A stretch of 64,000 nt of DNA from Bdellovibrionales bacterium. Its GTDB lineage: Bacteria > Bdellovibrionota > Bdellovibrionia > Bdellovibrionales > JAGQZY01. The stretch is taken from contig JAYUQP010000022.1 of assembly GCA_043757265.1 (NCBI GenBank), positions 8,683 through 72,682 on the forward strand. The letters are read 5' to 3'. The notes below the pieces were generated by a model. The model was not told the DNA's origin. It saw only the letters and a program-made list of their open reading frames with translations, and did not search any database. Positions 54,764 through 64,000 of the stretch are shown here, in pieces (the stretch's first letter is position 1; each line of letters opens with the position of its first letter). The position numbers and the translations under genes were made by a program.

Positions 54764-55426
54764 ATGCAAATTTTAACCTCCCTCCTGTTTTTGGTTTGTC
54801 TATCTCATGCGCAATCGCAGCCATCTTCTAAGGCCGCTCATCAAGGTCACCACCACCATGATATGGCTTTTAAAAATGCAGAAAAGTGGACGAAAAATTT
54901 TGATCATCCATCGCGCGACGAGTGGCAAAAACCTCAGGAGCTGATTAACGCGCTTAAGATTTCCGAAAGTGAAGTCGTTGGTGATCTCGGTGCGGGAACG
55001 GGTTACTTTAGTGTTCGTTTGGCAAAACAGTTTCCAAAAGCCACCGTCTACGCCATCGATAATGAAAAAGACATGACCGTTTTTTTGCGAAAACGCGCGG
55101 GTAAGGAAAAGCTAACAAATCTTATCCCGGTGCTCTCGCAAAATGACGGTTTCACCGTCGAGAGTCCTTTAGATCTGCTTCTCATTGTCGACACCTATCA
55201 TCATCTTCCCGACCGCGAAAAATATTTCCGAAATATTCTTTCGCAGCTAAAGCAGCAAGCAAGAATTGTCATCGTCGATTTTTTGCCCTCATCTCCCGTG
55301 GGACCGCCGATAAAATATCGCTTTCAGCCTCCACAAATCGAGGAAGAGTTAAAAGTTCTGGGCTTTCGTAGAGACCAACTTTTTGAACTCCCCAGACAAT
55401 TTGTTCTGGTTCTAAAACGTCAATAA
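54764..55426 (+). CDS. class I SAM-dependent methyltransferase with signal-like N-terminus
   Basis: N-terminus 'MQILTSLLFLVCLSHAQS' followed by 'GHHHH'. 'VVGDLGAGTGYFSVRLA' is motif I. Confidence 0.75.
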   Translation: MQILTSLLFLVCLSHAQSQPSSKAAHQGHHHHDMAFKNAEKWTKNFDHPSRDEWQKPQELINALKISESEVVGDLGAGTGYFSVRLAKQFPKATVYAIDNEKDMTVFLRKRAGKEKLTNLIPVLSQNDGFTVESPLDLLLIVDTYHHLPDREKYFRNILSQLKQQARIVIVDFLPSSPVGPPIKYRFQPPQIEEELKVLGFRRDQLFELPRQFVLVLKRQ

Positions 55427-55604
55427 CGAATAAATTCTCCGCAGCTAATGCTTCAAAATGAGAAATGGTTTTCACATCTAATACTTTATCTCTCCCATCT
55501 CATTTTGATGAACTTATTAAGTTAAATCAATTTTTTGCATGATTTTTGATAAACTAAAGCCGAAGAAGCCATGTGTGAAAACCACCTGGGGACGTCGGGG
55601 GATC

Positions 55605-57362
55605 ATGTTTAAAATTTTTTTAAAGTATTTATCATTGCTATCGGTAAGCGGAATTGTATTTCTGTATCAAGCATGCAGTCCCAGCCATGTGACCACATCT
55701 GAAAGCGCGCTTGCCACGAGTTCGGAAGCTCTTTTTAAGTGCCGCCCAAACCAAAGCGAACCCATCACGAATATGCATCGCCTGTCCAAATTTGAATATG
55801 CAAATACTTTACAGGACCTCTTAGCACCACTGACCGCAGCGGAAAAAACGTCCACCATAAATAAAATCAGAGTTGAGCTCGCGAACTTACCCGACGACAC
55901 CACAGGACAGTACGAAAAAATGGACACGCGTGTGAGCGACATCCATATTTCTAGCCAATACAAAATTGCATACTCTTTCGCCAACTCCGTAAACTCCGCG
56001 ACCAATCGATCTGTTTTTTTTGGCTCTTGCATGTCGGCAACCACGCCGACTCAAGCTTGCGTGCGAACGTTTATTTCTGATTTTGGCTTGAAGGCTTACC
56101 GGCGTCCATTAGATCAGGCAGAAATTGATAGCCTTTTTATTTTCTACAGCAATCGCGGAACAACGAAGACTGTGGATCTGGTAGCTCGATTATTAATGTC
56201 GCCCTATTTTCTTTACCATGTTGAAAATCGCGGCCAAGCAATTTCAGCTGATACGTATAAATTAACTAACTACGAAATGGCGTCTCGGTTGTCCTATCTT
56301 TATCTGGCCACTATGCCCAATCAACTTTTACTTGATGCTGCAGCAGCTGGAAAACTGAGTGCAATTTCCGACATCAAGGTTGTCATCAATAATCTTTTTC
56401 AACAAAATCAAACTCAGGTTAAAGCAGTGCTTGATAAATATATTTCAGAGTGGTTAGATTTTAAAAACAAACCCGATTTTTCATCAAATCCAGCTATTCG
56501 ATCTCTTGCAACTTTGCGCCCAGGCGTTGGCATACCTGACGCTCAGTTGAAAGCAGAAATGTTACAGGAACTCATAGATTTGGTTTCGCATTACACGTGG
56601 ACCAAACCTGATGGACAATTTAGCGAAGTGCTAACTTCCAATATTTCTTTTGCAAAAACGGATCGCCTGGCGGCTCTTTACAACATTCCAAAATGGTCCC
56701 CTGGGCTGCCTAATATCTTTTTTGCAGGAAGCGAAAGATCCGGACTTTACACGCGAGCCGGGACTCTCTATTCTGGAACAGAAAAAACTTCACCGATTAT
56801 TTATGGAGTTAATACGATCCGTAACACTCTTTGTGATTCCATTCCAGATCCCTTACAATCCATTATCGACGATCCAACACGACTTACTAACATCAATCAG
56901 GTGGCGCAGACTGAGCGTGAAATAGTCCATACAATGACATCGCAGTCTGCCTGTATATCGTGCCACAGCTATATCAACCCTTATGGATTTGCGATAGAGG
57001 CTTATGATTCCCTCGGCGGCTTTCGGGCGAACAAACTCGAATATAAATTTGATAACAGCGGAACTATCATCAACTCCCTGCCAATCAACTCACAGACAGA
57101 TGCTAGAATTTTTTCAACGCAAACAGTTTCTGTGAGTGGTGCCGTCGAACTGAACGAGAAAATGAGTGCGAGCGGTAAAGTTCATGCTTGTTTTGCCCGT
57201 AACTTTTTTAGGTTTACAAATCGCCGCCAAGAAAACCCAGCAACGGATGATTGTCAGATAGAACGTAATTATCAAGAGCTCATAAAGGCCGGTGGCGGGC
57301 TAAAAAATATGTTTCAATCGGGAGGCTCAGACCCAAGCTTCCTAATTCGAAGAATCAATTAG
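55605..57362 (+). CDS. DUF1587/DUF1592/DUF1588-type CxxCH lipoprotein
   Basis: The ATG at 55605 gives MFKIFLKYLSLLSVSGIVFLYQA/CSP. 'RLSKFEYANTLQDLL' is DUF1587-like, 'FISDFGLKAYRRPLDQAEIDSLF' is DUF1592-like and 'SACISCHSYINPYGFAIEAYDSLGGFR' is DUF1588-like. Confidence 0.75.
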   Translation: MFKIFLKYLSLLSVSGIVFLYQACSPSHVTTSESALATSSEALFKCRPNQSEPITNMHRLSKFEYANTLQDLLAPLTAAEKTSTINKIRVELANLPDDTTGQYEKMDTRVSDIHISSQYKIAYSFANSVNSATNRSVFFGSCMSATTPTQACVRTFISDFGLKAYRRPLDQAEIDSLFIFYSNRGTTKTVDLVARLLMSPYFLYHVENRGQAISADTYKLTNYEMASRLSYLYLATMPNQLLLDAAAAGKLSAISDIKVVINNLFQQNQTQVKAVLDKYISEWLDFKNKPDFSSNPAIRSLATLRPGVGIPDAQLKAEMLQELIDLVSHYTWTKPDGQFSEVLTSNISFAKTDRLAALYNIPKWSPGLPNIFFAGSERSGLYTRAGTLYSGTEKTSPIIYGVNTIRNTLCDSIPDPLQSIIDDPTRLTNINQVAQTEREIVHTMTSQSACISCHSYINPYGFAIEAYDSLGGFRANKLEYKFDNSGTIINSLPINSQTDARIFSTQTVSVSGAVELNEKMSASGKVHACFARNFFRFTNRRQENPATDDCQIERNYQELIKAGGGLKNMFQSGGSDPSFLIRRIN

Positions 57363-57378
57363 GATAGAGGATGCGGCA

Positions 57379-58944
57379 ATGAAATACGACAAATCAACGC
57401 GAAGAATGTTTCTAAATGGATGTGGAAAATCGATGCTGGCAATTCCGCTTTTGCCATCACTATTACCGCGCATTGCTCAGGCACAAGCATTAAATATTCC
57501 CCCAAGGTATATGTTCATGTTTCTTACCCATGGGCCGGTGAAAGATTATTGGTACCCAGCCGATCGATCGACGCTTAACAAGCAAGTTTTGTTCCCTGCG
57601 AATGGGCAGTCGCCAATTTACGAAATCGCCGCTGGTCCAATTTCATCAAACGCAACAACCGGGATGTCCTACCTATTTGATCAAAAGTTTCATGCGTACC
57701 GAGCAAAAATGACATTCCTGCAGGGTCTTGATACTCCCACTCTAGGAGGGCACCACTGGGCCTCAGGGGTGATTGGCAATTTAAACGGAGCTCACGCTAG
57801 TAACTCACAGTATAAGGCTATGCCAACAATAGATCATATTATGGCTTATGCTCCGGGATTTTATCCAAATGGTGGCAATGGCTTTGCTCGACAAATTTTA
57901 ACTGGGTTTCAAACTAAAAATGAGTTTGCGCCAATCAAGTACAATTATATGTCGCATGGTTTTCAAAATGCCTTGCAACGTTCCGGTGCCGTAACTCCTG
58001 TTGATTCAATTTACTATGAAAATCCGTTAAACCTTTTTAATTACATTTTTAGTGGGTTTGCACCACCTACTGGTCCGGCTCCGACCACGAGCACTCCCAT
58101 TGTTGACGAAGTGCTTGCAGATTATAGAAGTCTACGCAACGGGCGAGCTATTTCGAGTAGCGACAGACTTTTGCTCGACACGCATATCGACTTGCTTGCT
58201 CAGTTGGAACAAAAACTTACCACTCCGCCGCCTACACTTTCTTGCACCTTACCTCAGGCTCCTGCGAGCATGCCTGGTTTTAGTGATTCCACTGATCCCA
58301 ACGATCTTACGAGGCGCATCCCCATCATCAATGACATTATTTTTGCTGCCTTTCGTTGCGGAATCACCCGTCTAGCAAGTTTTCAATTGTCCGTTTTCAA
58401 TACTGTAGATAACGGCACTAGCCTCCATCGACATGCTGGATCCGTTGGTTACGACGACCTTCATACTCGTCAAAAAGTGGCGTCTGATCTTGCGGTCTAC
58501 GACATGGTTCGAAAACTAGATTCAGTTACAGAAAGCAATGGGAGAACAATGCTAGATAATTCGATTCTCCATTATGCAGCAGCTACTGGTCCTGCAGCCC
58601 ACATTGGAATGTCCCACCCTTGCGTTTTATTTGGCAGTGCTGGTGGGCGAATAAAGACCAATCAGTACATTGACTACCGAATGCAAAATCCCGTTAACCT
58701 GAACACTGGAATTTATGCCAATGGCTTATTACAAAATCAACTTTTGGTTACAATCATGCAACTGATGGGGCTTCCTCCCAGTGCATATAATATGTCGAAC
58801 CTTGGAATACTTCCAGCTGGCTACGACCCAGCGACCACAACCTACGGTGAATTTGCCGCTGACAACGACGCCACCATGCAAAGGCGCTATTACAAGTACA
58901 CCGATCCAATAAAGATCGCTGGAAACATTTTACCGTTGCTTTGA
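57379..58944 (+). CDS. DUF1552 family protein (Tat-type N-terminus)
   Basis: 'STRRMFLNGCGKSMLAIPLLPSLL' is the typical DUF1552 N-terminus. It is paired with the upstream DUF1588-type gene, the usual arrangement. Confidence 0.75.
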   Translation: MKYDKSTRRMFLNGCGKSMLAIPLLPSLLPRIAQAQALNIPPRYMFMFLTHGPVKDYWYPADRSTLNKQVLFPANGQSPIYEIAAGPISSNATTGMSYLFDQKFHAYRAKMTFLQGLDTPTLGGHHWASGVIGNLNGAHASNSQYKAMPTIDHIMAYAPGFYPNGGNGFARQILTGFQTKNEFAPIKYNYMSHGFQNALQRSGAVTPVDSIYYENPLNLFNYIFSGFAPPTGPAPTTSTPIVDEVLADYRSLRNGRAISSSDRLLLDTHIDLLAQLEQKLTTPPPTLSCTLPQAPASMPGFSDSTDPNDLTRRIPIINDIIFAAFRCGITRLASFQLSVFNTVDNGTSLHRHAGSVGYDDLHTRQKVASDLAVYDMVRKLDSVTESNGRTMLDNSILHYAAATGPAAHIGMSHPCVLFGSAGGRIKTNQYIDYRMQNPVNLNTGIYANGLLQNQLLVTIMQLMGLPPSAYNMSNLGILPAGYDPATTTYGEFAADNDATMQRRYYKYTDPIKIAGNILPLL

Positions 58945-59115
58945 GGTAAGGAATAGTTCCGCACGCAAGTAGTCAGTCAAACGGTCTGTAAGCTGATTGC
59001 AACTGACCCAATTACGATTTATCGACTCACGCAAGGCCACATACGTCGTAAGGTAAAAGCTCGTGAGTAAGAAGAAAAAAAATAACTTCATCGCAGTCTC
59101 CGCAATGGTGAGTAG

Positions 59116-59340
59116 CGCTTCCTGCGATTTTAATAAACCTACTGTTTTATGCTTACCTGAGAATCTTTGCGTACGCGATTTGGTCTGCCTGATAGGATTT
59201 CACTTCGGGCTCCTGCCCTCGCCCCTGCGGGGTGGCTTCGCCAGAGTTAAAATCGCTTCCTGCGATTTTAATGAACCTACTTTTTCATGCTTACTTGATA
59301 ATCTTGGCTTAATTTCTAATTGGTCTGCCTGATAGGATTT
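59116..59340. repeat. ~85-bp direct duplication that includes the 3' 20 nt of tRNA-Pro plus downstream flank
   Basis: Copy 1 (59116-59200) and copy 2 (59254-59340) are roughly 80% identical by eye. Both end in the identical 20-mer tggtctgcctgataggattt, which in copy 2 is the tRNA 3' end. Confidence 0.85.
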
Positions 59341-59397
59341 GAACCTACGACCTCAACCACCCCAAGGTTGCGCGCTACCAAGCTGCGCCACAGGCAG
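59321..59397 (-). tRNA. tRNA-Pro (anticodon GGG), CCA encoded
   Basis: I hand-folded the 77-nt sequence CTGCCTG-TG-GCGC-AGCTTGGTA-GCGC-G-CAACC-TTGGGGT-GGTTG-AGGTC-GTAGG-TTCAAAT-CCTAT-CAGGCAG-A-CCA. The features C1:G72, A73 and G37 are typical of bacterial tRNA-Pro. Confidence 0.9.
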
Positions 59398-59513
59398 AAA
59401 GAACATTCTTAAAGGTACGCCGATACTATTTGCGACTGCCTGCAGAATGCAACCATTACTCAAAACTGCGTTATTTTGCATGCAGTCGCAAAAAGGATCG
59501 GCGTACCTTTTTG

Positions 59514-60137
59514 TTAGATGGCGCGGGCAAGGCGTTTTTTGGCCTGTCGAATCTCTTCGATGAGATAATCCACCGATGACGACCAGTACTGGTGCAATTC
59601 GCGCTCGCGCTGTGCAACGGCCTTTTGTAGCTGATCGGCCGTTGGTAACGATGCTGATTTATTGAAGACCACTTCAGCGGCTGGTTGATGCGCTTCCACC
59701 ACTTGCTCTTGTGTGGTGCCCGCGGCGATGGGCTGCACTTGTGATTTTTGCGATTTCATTTTCTTCAGAACCGCGCGCGCGCCTTCGATAGAAAATCGGT
59801 CTTCATGTAAAAGTTTGCGGATGGTTAGTGCCATCTCGATGTCTTTTCGGGTGTAAAAACGCTGACCGTTGTTGGATTTTTTAGGATGTAGGGCCTCGAA
59901 TTCAGTTTCCCAGTAGCGAAGTACGTACTGCTTTACGCCAACATATTTTGCCACTTCGCCGATTTTAAAACCCATTTTATTTGGAATAGAACTGATTCGC
60001 TCTTTCAGCTCGCTTTGCGCAGCCTGCGCGGGAGTCGATTGAACAGATTGGTTACTCGTCTGATTATTCGTCTGATTATTTGTCGGACTACTCGTCGGAC
60101 TACTCGTCGGACTACTCATCGTCAAACTCATCGCCAC
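59514..60137 (-). CDS. MerR-family transcriptional regulator with a repeat-encoded low-complexity N-terminus
   Basis: '[45 protein letters not shown]' is a MerR HTH. The N-terminus is [23 protein letters not shown]. The start is uncertain (60137, 60131 or 60119). Confidence 0.8.
   Translation of the reverse strand: MAMSLTMSSPTSSPTSSPTNNQTNNQTSNQSVQSTPAQAAQSELKERISSIPNKMGFKIGEVAKYVGVKQYVLRYWETEFEALHPKKSNNGQRFYTRKDIEMALTIRKLLHEDRFSIEGARAVLKKMKSQKSQVQPIAAGTTQEQVVEAHQPAAEVVFNKSASLPTADQLQKAVAQRERELHQYWSSSVDYLIEEIRQAKKRLARAI
60049..60120 (-). repeat. in-frame 12-bp tandem repeat, 6 units
   Basis: Plus-strand units are tggttactcgtc, tgattattcgtc, tgattatttgtc, ggactactcgtc x2 and ggactactcatc. Confidence 0.9.
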
Positions 60138-60459
60138 CCGCTACACCAGCATCCTTACCGTTGAGCATGGCCTTGAGCACCTGACTCGGACTGAAGTTGA
60201 GAACTCGGCGTGCCGAGATGGTGATGCGATCGCCCGTCTGTGGGTTTCTTCCGACGCGTTCCTTTTTTTGTTTCACTTCGAATTTACCAAAGCCAGAAAT
60301 TTTGACTTTTTCACCGTTTACAAGAGTGCCGCGAAGAGCATCAAACACGATTTCAACAAGATCGGAGGCTTCCTTTTTTGAGAAGCCAATTTTCTCATAA
60401 ACCCGATCGACGATATCTGCTTTAGTGACCGTCGAGTTCGAAACGTTTTTACCAGCCAT
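60112..60459 (-). CDS. ihfA: integration host factor alpha subunit / HU-family DNA-binding protein
   Basis: The ATG at 60459 is preceded by AGGAGG. '[31 protein letters not shown]...[37 protein letters not shown]' is IHF/HU-like. Its position downstream of pheST is typical of ihfA. It has an acidic C-terminal tail. Confidence 0.8.
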   Translation of the reverse strand: MAGKNVSNSTVTKADIVDRVYEKIGFSKKEASDLVEIVFDALRGTLVNGEKVKISGFGKFEVKQKKERVGRNPQTGDRITISARRVLNFSPSQVLKAMLNGKDAGVAGGDEFDDE

Positions 60460-60527
60460 GGCACCCTCCTGAGGGCACAAGAGTCCCTACCTTTAAATGC
60501 TAGCAAGTACTTGAAAACTTTCAACTT

Positions 60528-62954
60528 TTATCTAAGCTGTATCCCCAGTTTATGACTTACTGAGTCAATAACTTGCTGCATAAGCTTCAGAACGTCTTCA
60601 TCGGCCAGAGTGCGGTCGTTGCTTTGAAATTTAAGACGGAAGGCCAGCGATCGTTGATCAGCTCCTAAAGATTCGCCCTCGTAAAGATCCACTACATTTA
60701 CGTCGGTCAAAAGAACACCGCCGGTTTTTATAATTTCTTTTTGGATGTCGTGCGCACGCAGTGTTTTTGGAACCACAAACGCAAGATCTTTCTCTACTGC
60801 TGGATACGCGGACATCTCCCGGTAGCGTGGAACTTTCGGGCTTGTGAATAAAGCAGAAAGATTAAACTCTGCAAAAGCCACGTCTTCACGCCACTTCCAC
60901 TCTTTGGCTTTTTGTGGGTGCACTGACCCAATAAAACCAACGGGTTGCCCCTGTAAAACCAACTGCACCATTTGGCCTGGATGAATAAGCGCAAGCGGAA
61001 CCTCTAACCCTCGCCACTGCCACTTTCCTCCAGGAACAAAAACCTCAAGTAAGTTCTCAATGAACGATTTCAAACGATAGACAGCCGGAACTTTTTGCGC
61101 CCACAAAGCCTGCGGCGCGCCCCACATGGCAAAACCCAGGCGTTGATCTTCGGCGTAGTTTCCGTTGAGACGAAAATGCCCTTTGCCCACTTCAAAAAGC
61201 TGTCCGTGCAAATTTCCATGTCGAAGATTATGCGAAACATTTTGCACAAGGCTTGTAAGCGTTGACATCCTCATCACTGCGAAATCCTCGCTGATGGGAT
61301 TTCGCACTGCTATTTCTTCTGTATCGAGTAAGCCAAGCGCAGCGCGCTCTCCAGGCAGACCTAGCACGGCATTCTGCAACGACTTGTTCACGAAGGCATA
61401 GTTCACTGCCTGATAAAAACCCTGAGCAGATAAGTACGATGAAAGCTTACGGTGATTTAAATATTCAGGATTGTGCTTAGTTGGCTCTTCCACAAGTTTC
61501 GGCAACTTCTCAAGCAAATGCTCGTAGCCGTAAACGCGCGCGTATTCTTCGATGAGATCCTCAGGAATAGATAGGTCCCAGCGGTGCATGGGTGGCGTAA
61601 TTGTAACAAGATCCGGCACATTCCCAGCTCCGCTCACTGCGCAGCCCAAGCGTTTCATCACAGCCGAAAAATCTGCGTCTTTCACGGCGTACCCTAAGCG
61701 TGCTTCCACTTTGCGCACATCCACCGATATGGCAGTCTTGGTCAGCGGCTTTGGATACACATCGTAAAAATCGCTCGCAACTTCGCCGCCCGCCACCTGT
61801 TGGATCAATTCACAGGCGCGCTCCAGTGCCAAAACTGTTTGCTCAGGATTTACTCCGCGCGAAAATCGATAGCACGAGTCTGTATCAATTCCTAAGCAAC
61901 GAGAAGTGCGGCGCACCGTTTGCGAATTAAAAAAAGCAGCCTCTAGAAAGAGGTCTTTTGTTTCATCTGTTACGCCGGAGCTGAGTCCGCCGACCACGCC
62001 CGCCAGCGCCACGACTCTTTTTTGATCGGCAATGACAAGCTCTTCACCTGTCAAAATCAATTCGGTTCCGTCGAGAGTTTGAAACTTTTCACCTTTGTCA
62101 GAACCGCGAACGATAATTTCGCCGCCGTTGATTTGTGTCCAATCAAAGGCGTGCAAAGGCTGTCCGTAATCAAACATAACATAGTTTGTGACATCGACCA
62201 CGTTGTTGACCGAACGCAAACCCACGCTCTCTAAACGTTTTTTGAGCCACGTTGGTGATGACCCAATTTTCACTCCACGAATCATTCGCCCCGCATAGCG
62301 AGGACAGCGCTGCGGATCGCGCAGTGTCACTTTCGAAGAGTCTGTGGTTTTAAAGTTTCCAATTTTAAATTCTGCCTTTTTCTGCTTAAGCGGACGATCT
62401 AACAGGGCGCCCACTTCAAAAGCCAAACCTAGATGACTCAGGCAATCTGCGCGATTGGGCGTAACGTTGATTTCGATAACCACATCATCAAAACCATACA
62501 GCTCGCTCATCGGCTGGCCGGGTTTTCCAGATTGCATGGTGATAATTCCTTCGCCCTCAGCACTTAGCCCCAATTCTTTTTGCGAACAGAGCATTCCCAA
62601 AGAGTCCACGCCTCTGATTTTGGATTTTTTTATTGCAAAATCTCCTGGCAAGACGGCGCCAGGCAGGGCGGCGATCACATAGTCGCCGGCTTTATGGTTT
62701 TTAGCTCCACAAACAATTTGTCTTGGTGATCCATCGCCAGTGTCTAACTGACACAGAGTTAATTTATCGGCGTCGGGGTGTTTGTCTACGGACAAAAGTT
62801 TTCCCACAACGACGTGATCAAATTGTGCTTTTTGATCGGTGATGGCTTCCACTTCCAGTCCGGCCTGGGTGAGAATTTTGCCGAGCTCTTCAATTTTATT
62901 TTGATAATCTGAAAGGTCGATATAATCATTGAGCCATTTAAACGAAATCTTCAT
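60528..62954 (-). CDS. pheT: phenylalanine--tRNA ligase beta subunit
   Basis: 808 aa. The N-terminal tRNA-binding domain is 'VVVGKLLSVDKHPDADKLTLCQLDTG', and the B3/4, B5 and C-terminal FDX-ACB regions are present. There is a 4-nt overlap with pheS. Confidence 0.95.
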   Translation of the reverse strand: MKISFKWLNDYIDLSDYQNKIEELGKILTQAGLEVEAITDQKAQFDHVVVGKLLSVDKHPDADKLTLCQLDTGDGSPRQIVCGAKNHKAGDYVIAALPGAVLPGDFAIKKSKIRGVDSLGMLCSQKELGLSAEGEGIITMQSGKPGQPMSELYGFDDVVIEINVTPNRADCLSHLGLAFEVGALLDRPLKQKKAEFKIGNFKTTDSSKVTLRDPQRCPRYAGRMIRGVKIGSSPTWLKKRLESVGLRSVNNVVDVTNYVMFDYGQPLHAFDWTQINGGEIIVRGSDKGEKFQTLDGTELILTGEELVIADQKRVVALAGVVGGLSSGVTDETKDLFLEAAFFNSQTVRRTSRCLGIDTDSCYRFSRGVNPEQTVLALERACELIQQVAGGEVASDFYDVYPKPLTKTAISVDVRKVEARLGYAVKDADFSAVMKRLGCAVSGAGNVPDLVTITPPMHRWDLSIPEDLIEEYARVYGYEHLLEKLPKLVEEPTKHNPEYLNHRKLSSYLSAQGFYQAVNYAFVNKSLQNAVLGLPGERAALGLLDTEEIAVRNPISEDFAVMRMSTLTSLVQNVSHNLRHGNLHGQLFEVGKGHFRLNGNYAEDQRLGFAMWGAPQALWAQKVPAVYRLKSFIENLLEVFVPGGKWQWRGLEVPLALIHPGQMVQLVLQGQPVGFIGSVHPQKAKEWKWREDVAFAEFNLSALFTSPKVPRYREMSAYPAVEKDLAFVVPKTLRAHDIQKEIIKTGGVLLTDVNVVDLYEGESLGADQRSLAFRLKFQSNDRTLADEDVLKLMQQVIDSVSHKLGIQLR

Positions 62955-63973
62955 CGGAACTGCTCCAAGAAACGCACGTCATTTTCCATAAACAAACGAA
63001 TATCACTCACGCCGTATTTAATAATTGCCATGCGTTCAATTCCAAATCCAAAAGCAAAACCCTGCCACTCATCGGGATTGATACCCACAGCTTTCAACAC
63101 ATGAGGATGTACAAGACCACTCCCACCAATTTCAATCCATCCAGTGTGCTTGCACATCTTGCAACCTTTGGCTTCGCACAATGGACACGAACAGTCCACT
63201 TCGGCTGATGGCTCAGTAAATGGAAAAAAACTGGGGCGAAATCGAGTTTTAATGTTTTTGCCAAAAAACTCTTTGATAAAATACGAAATGGTTCCTTTGA
63301 GATCTGCCATGGAAACATTTTTATCCACGAGCAACGCTTCGATTTGGTGGAAGTGCGGCGAGTGCGAAGCATCGTAGTCGTGGCGAAAAACTCCGCCCGG
63401 CGCTAAAATGCGAATGGGCGGTTTCTCCGTTTCCATGGTGCGAATCTGAATGGGACTGGTGTGTGTGCGAAGCACATGGGTTTCGTCGATGTAAAACGTA
63501 TCCTGCATATCACGCGAGGGATGATCGGCCGGGATGTTTAACGCCGAGAAATTATGAAAATCATCTTCGATAAACGGACCTGTTCGTACTGAAAAACCAA
63601 TGCGCGATAAAATATCCACGATCTCGTCAATCACCACCGGAATCAGGTGCTTTGCCCCCACCGACATTTGCGGCCCGGGAAGCGTCAAATCCAAGGAGTC
63701 TTTGGCAAGCTTTGCGAGCATTTCTTTTTGTGAAAGCTCAACAAGTCGCGCATCGTGCAGCTTGGTTAAAGCGTCACGTACTAAATTTACCTCTTTACCA
63801 AACGTCGGACGTTCTTCTTTGGGGAGGTCCCCCATATCTTTCATGATCAGCGTGAGCTCACCCTGCTTGCCAAAATATTTCACTTTAATTTGGTAGAGTT
63901 CGTCGGACGTGAGAGCCTTTTGCAGCTCAATTTCTGCACTTTTATTAATATCTTGGAGCTTTTGTTTTGACAT
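62951..63973 (-). CDS. pheS: phenylalanine--tRNA ligase alpha subunit
   Basis: The ATG at 63973 lies inside the TTG-started track ORF. Class II motifs are 'FRPSFFPFTEPSAEVD' and 'GFAFGFGIERMAIIKYG'. Confidence 0.95.
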   Translation of the reverse strand: MSKQKLQDINKSAEIELQKALTSDELYQIKVKYFGKQGELTLIMKDMGDLPKEERPTFGKEVNLVRDALTKLHDARLVELSQKEMLAKLAKDSLDLTLPGPQMSVGAKHLIPVVIDEIVDILSRIGFSVRTGPFIEDDFHNFSALNIPADHPSRDMQDTFYIDETHVLRTHTSPIQIRTMETEKPPIRILAPGGVFRHDYDASHSPHFHQIEALLVDKNVSMADLKGTISYFIKEFFGKNIKTRFRPSFFPFTEPSAEVDCSCPLCEAKGCKMCKHTGWIEIGGSGLVHPHVLKAVGINPDEWQGFAFGFGIERMAIIKYGVSDIRLFMENDVRFLEQFR

Positions 63974-64000
63974 GAACAAAATATGATTGCCTCACGGGTT

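Noticed and set aside
59181-59253. Possible second (pseudo) tRNA at the upstream copy of the tRNA-Pro 3' end
   Set aside because: Only the last 20 nt (T-loop 3' half, acceptor 3' strand and CCA) are duplicated. The adjacent sequence cannot form T, anticodon or D arms.
58945-59513. Integrated mobile element or prophage at tRNA-Pro
   Set aside because: No integrase, transposase, excisionase or phage-like ORF occurs anywhere in the window. Only the short duplicated tRNA end is present, and it is reported as a scar-like repeat instead.
59063-59563. ORFs of 89 aa (59063-59332, plus) and 74 aa (59339-59563, plus)
   Set aside because: They run through the tRNA-Pro gene, its duplicated flank and the antisense strand of the MerR gene 3' end. 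Their composition is not protein-like.

Overview
This is a 64-kb chromosomal window with about 60 protein genes, 1 tRNA and no rRNA, CRISPR array, transposase or integrase. Gene content suggests a Bdellovibrio-like (Bdellovibrionota) genome: many Sec/Tat/lipoprotein N-termini, recurrent 'FQNC' lipoboxes, DUF1588/DUF1552-type pairs and astacin. That is an inference I cannot verify here. Housekeeping anchors are glnS (18183-19877), dbpA (49267-50658), a DTW-domain tRNA-modification gene, tRNA-Pro(GGG) (59321-59397), the merR-ihfA-pheT-pheS block (59514-63973) and an oxyR / ahpC-ahpD peroxide module (32994-35160) in which ahpD looks broken. Everything else is secreted, lipoprotein, membrane or hypothetical.

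The most interesting items are:
1. A 1346-aa ORF fusing an export-type N-terminus, two Clp/Hsp100 D2-type AAA+ modules and an FtsH-type M41 zinc peptidase (43584-47624).
2. A five-gene translationally coupled envelope operon, 25622-30544: a CxxCH protein, a Tat-exported DUF1501-like protein, two FQNC lipoproteins and a mono-heme cytochrome c. An analogous canonical DUF1588/DUF1552 pair lies at 55605-58944.
3. A tightly packed, strand-alternating oxidative island, 8978-17789. It holds two delta-9-type His-box desaturases, three Asp/Asn-beta-hydroxylase-like cupins, a methyltransferase, a polytopic membrane protein and a redoxin + CxxCH + Cu-monooxygenase-like fusion.
4. Several in-frame or intergenic tandem repeats: an 84-bp Gly/Ser/Thr repeat and three separate 12-bp repeat tracts.
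5. A duplicated tRNA-Pro 3' end resembling an att scar.

All domain calls come from motif recognition by eye. No HMM or BLAST search was possible.
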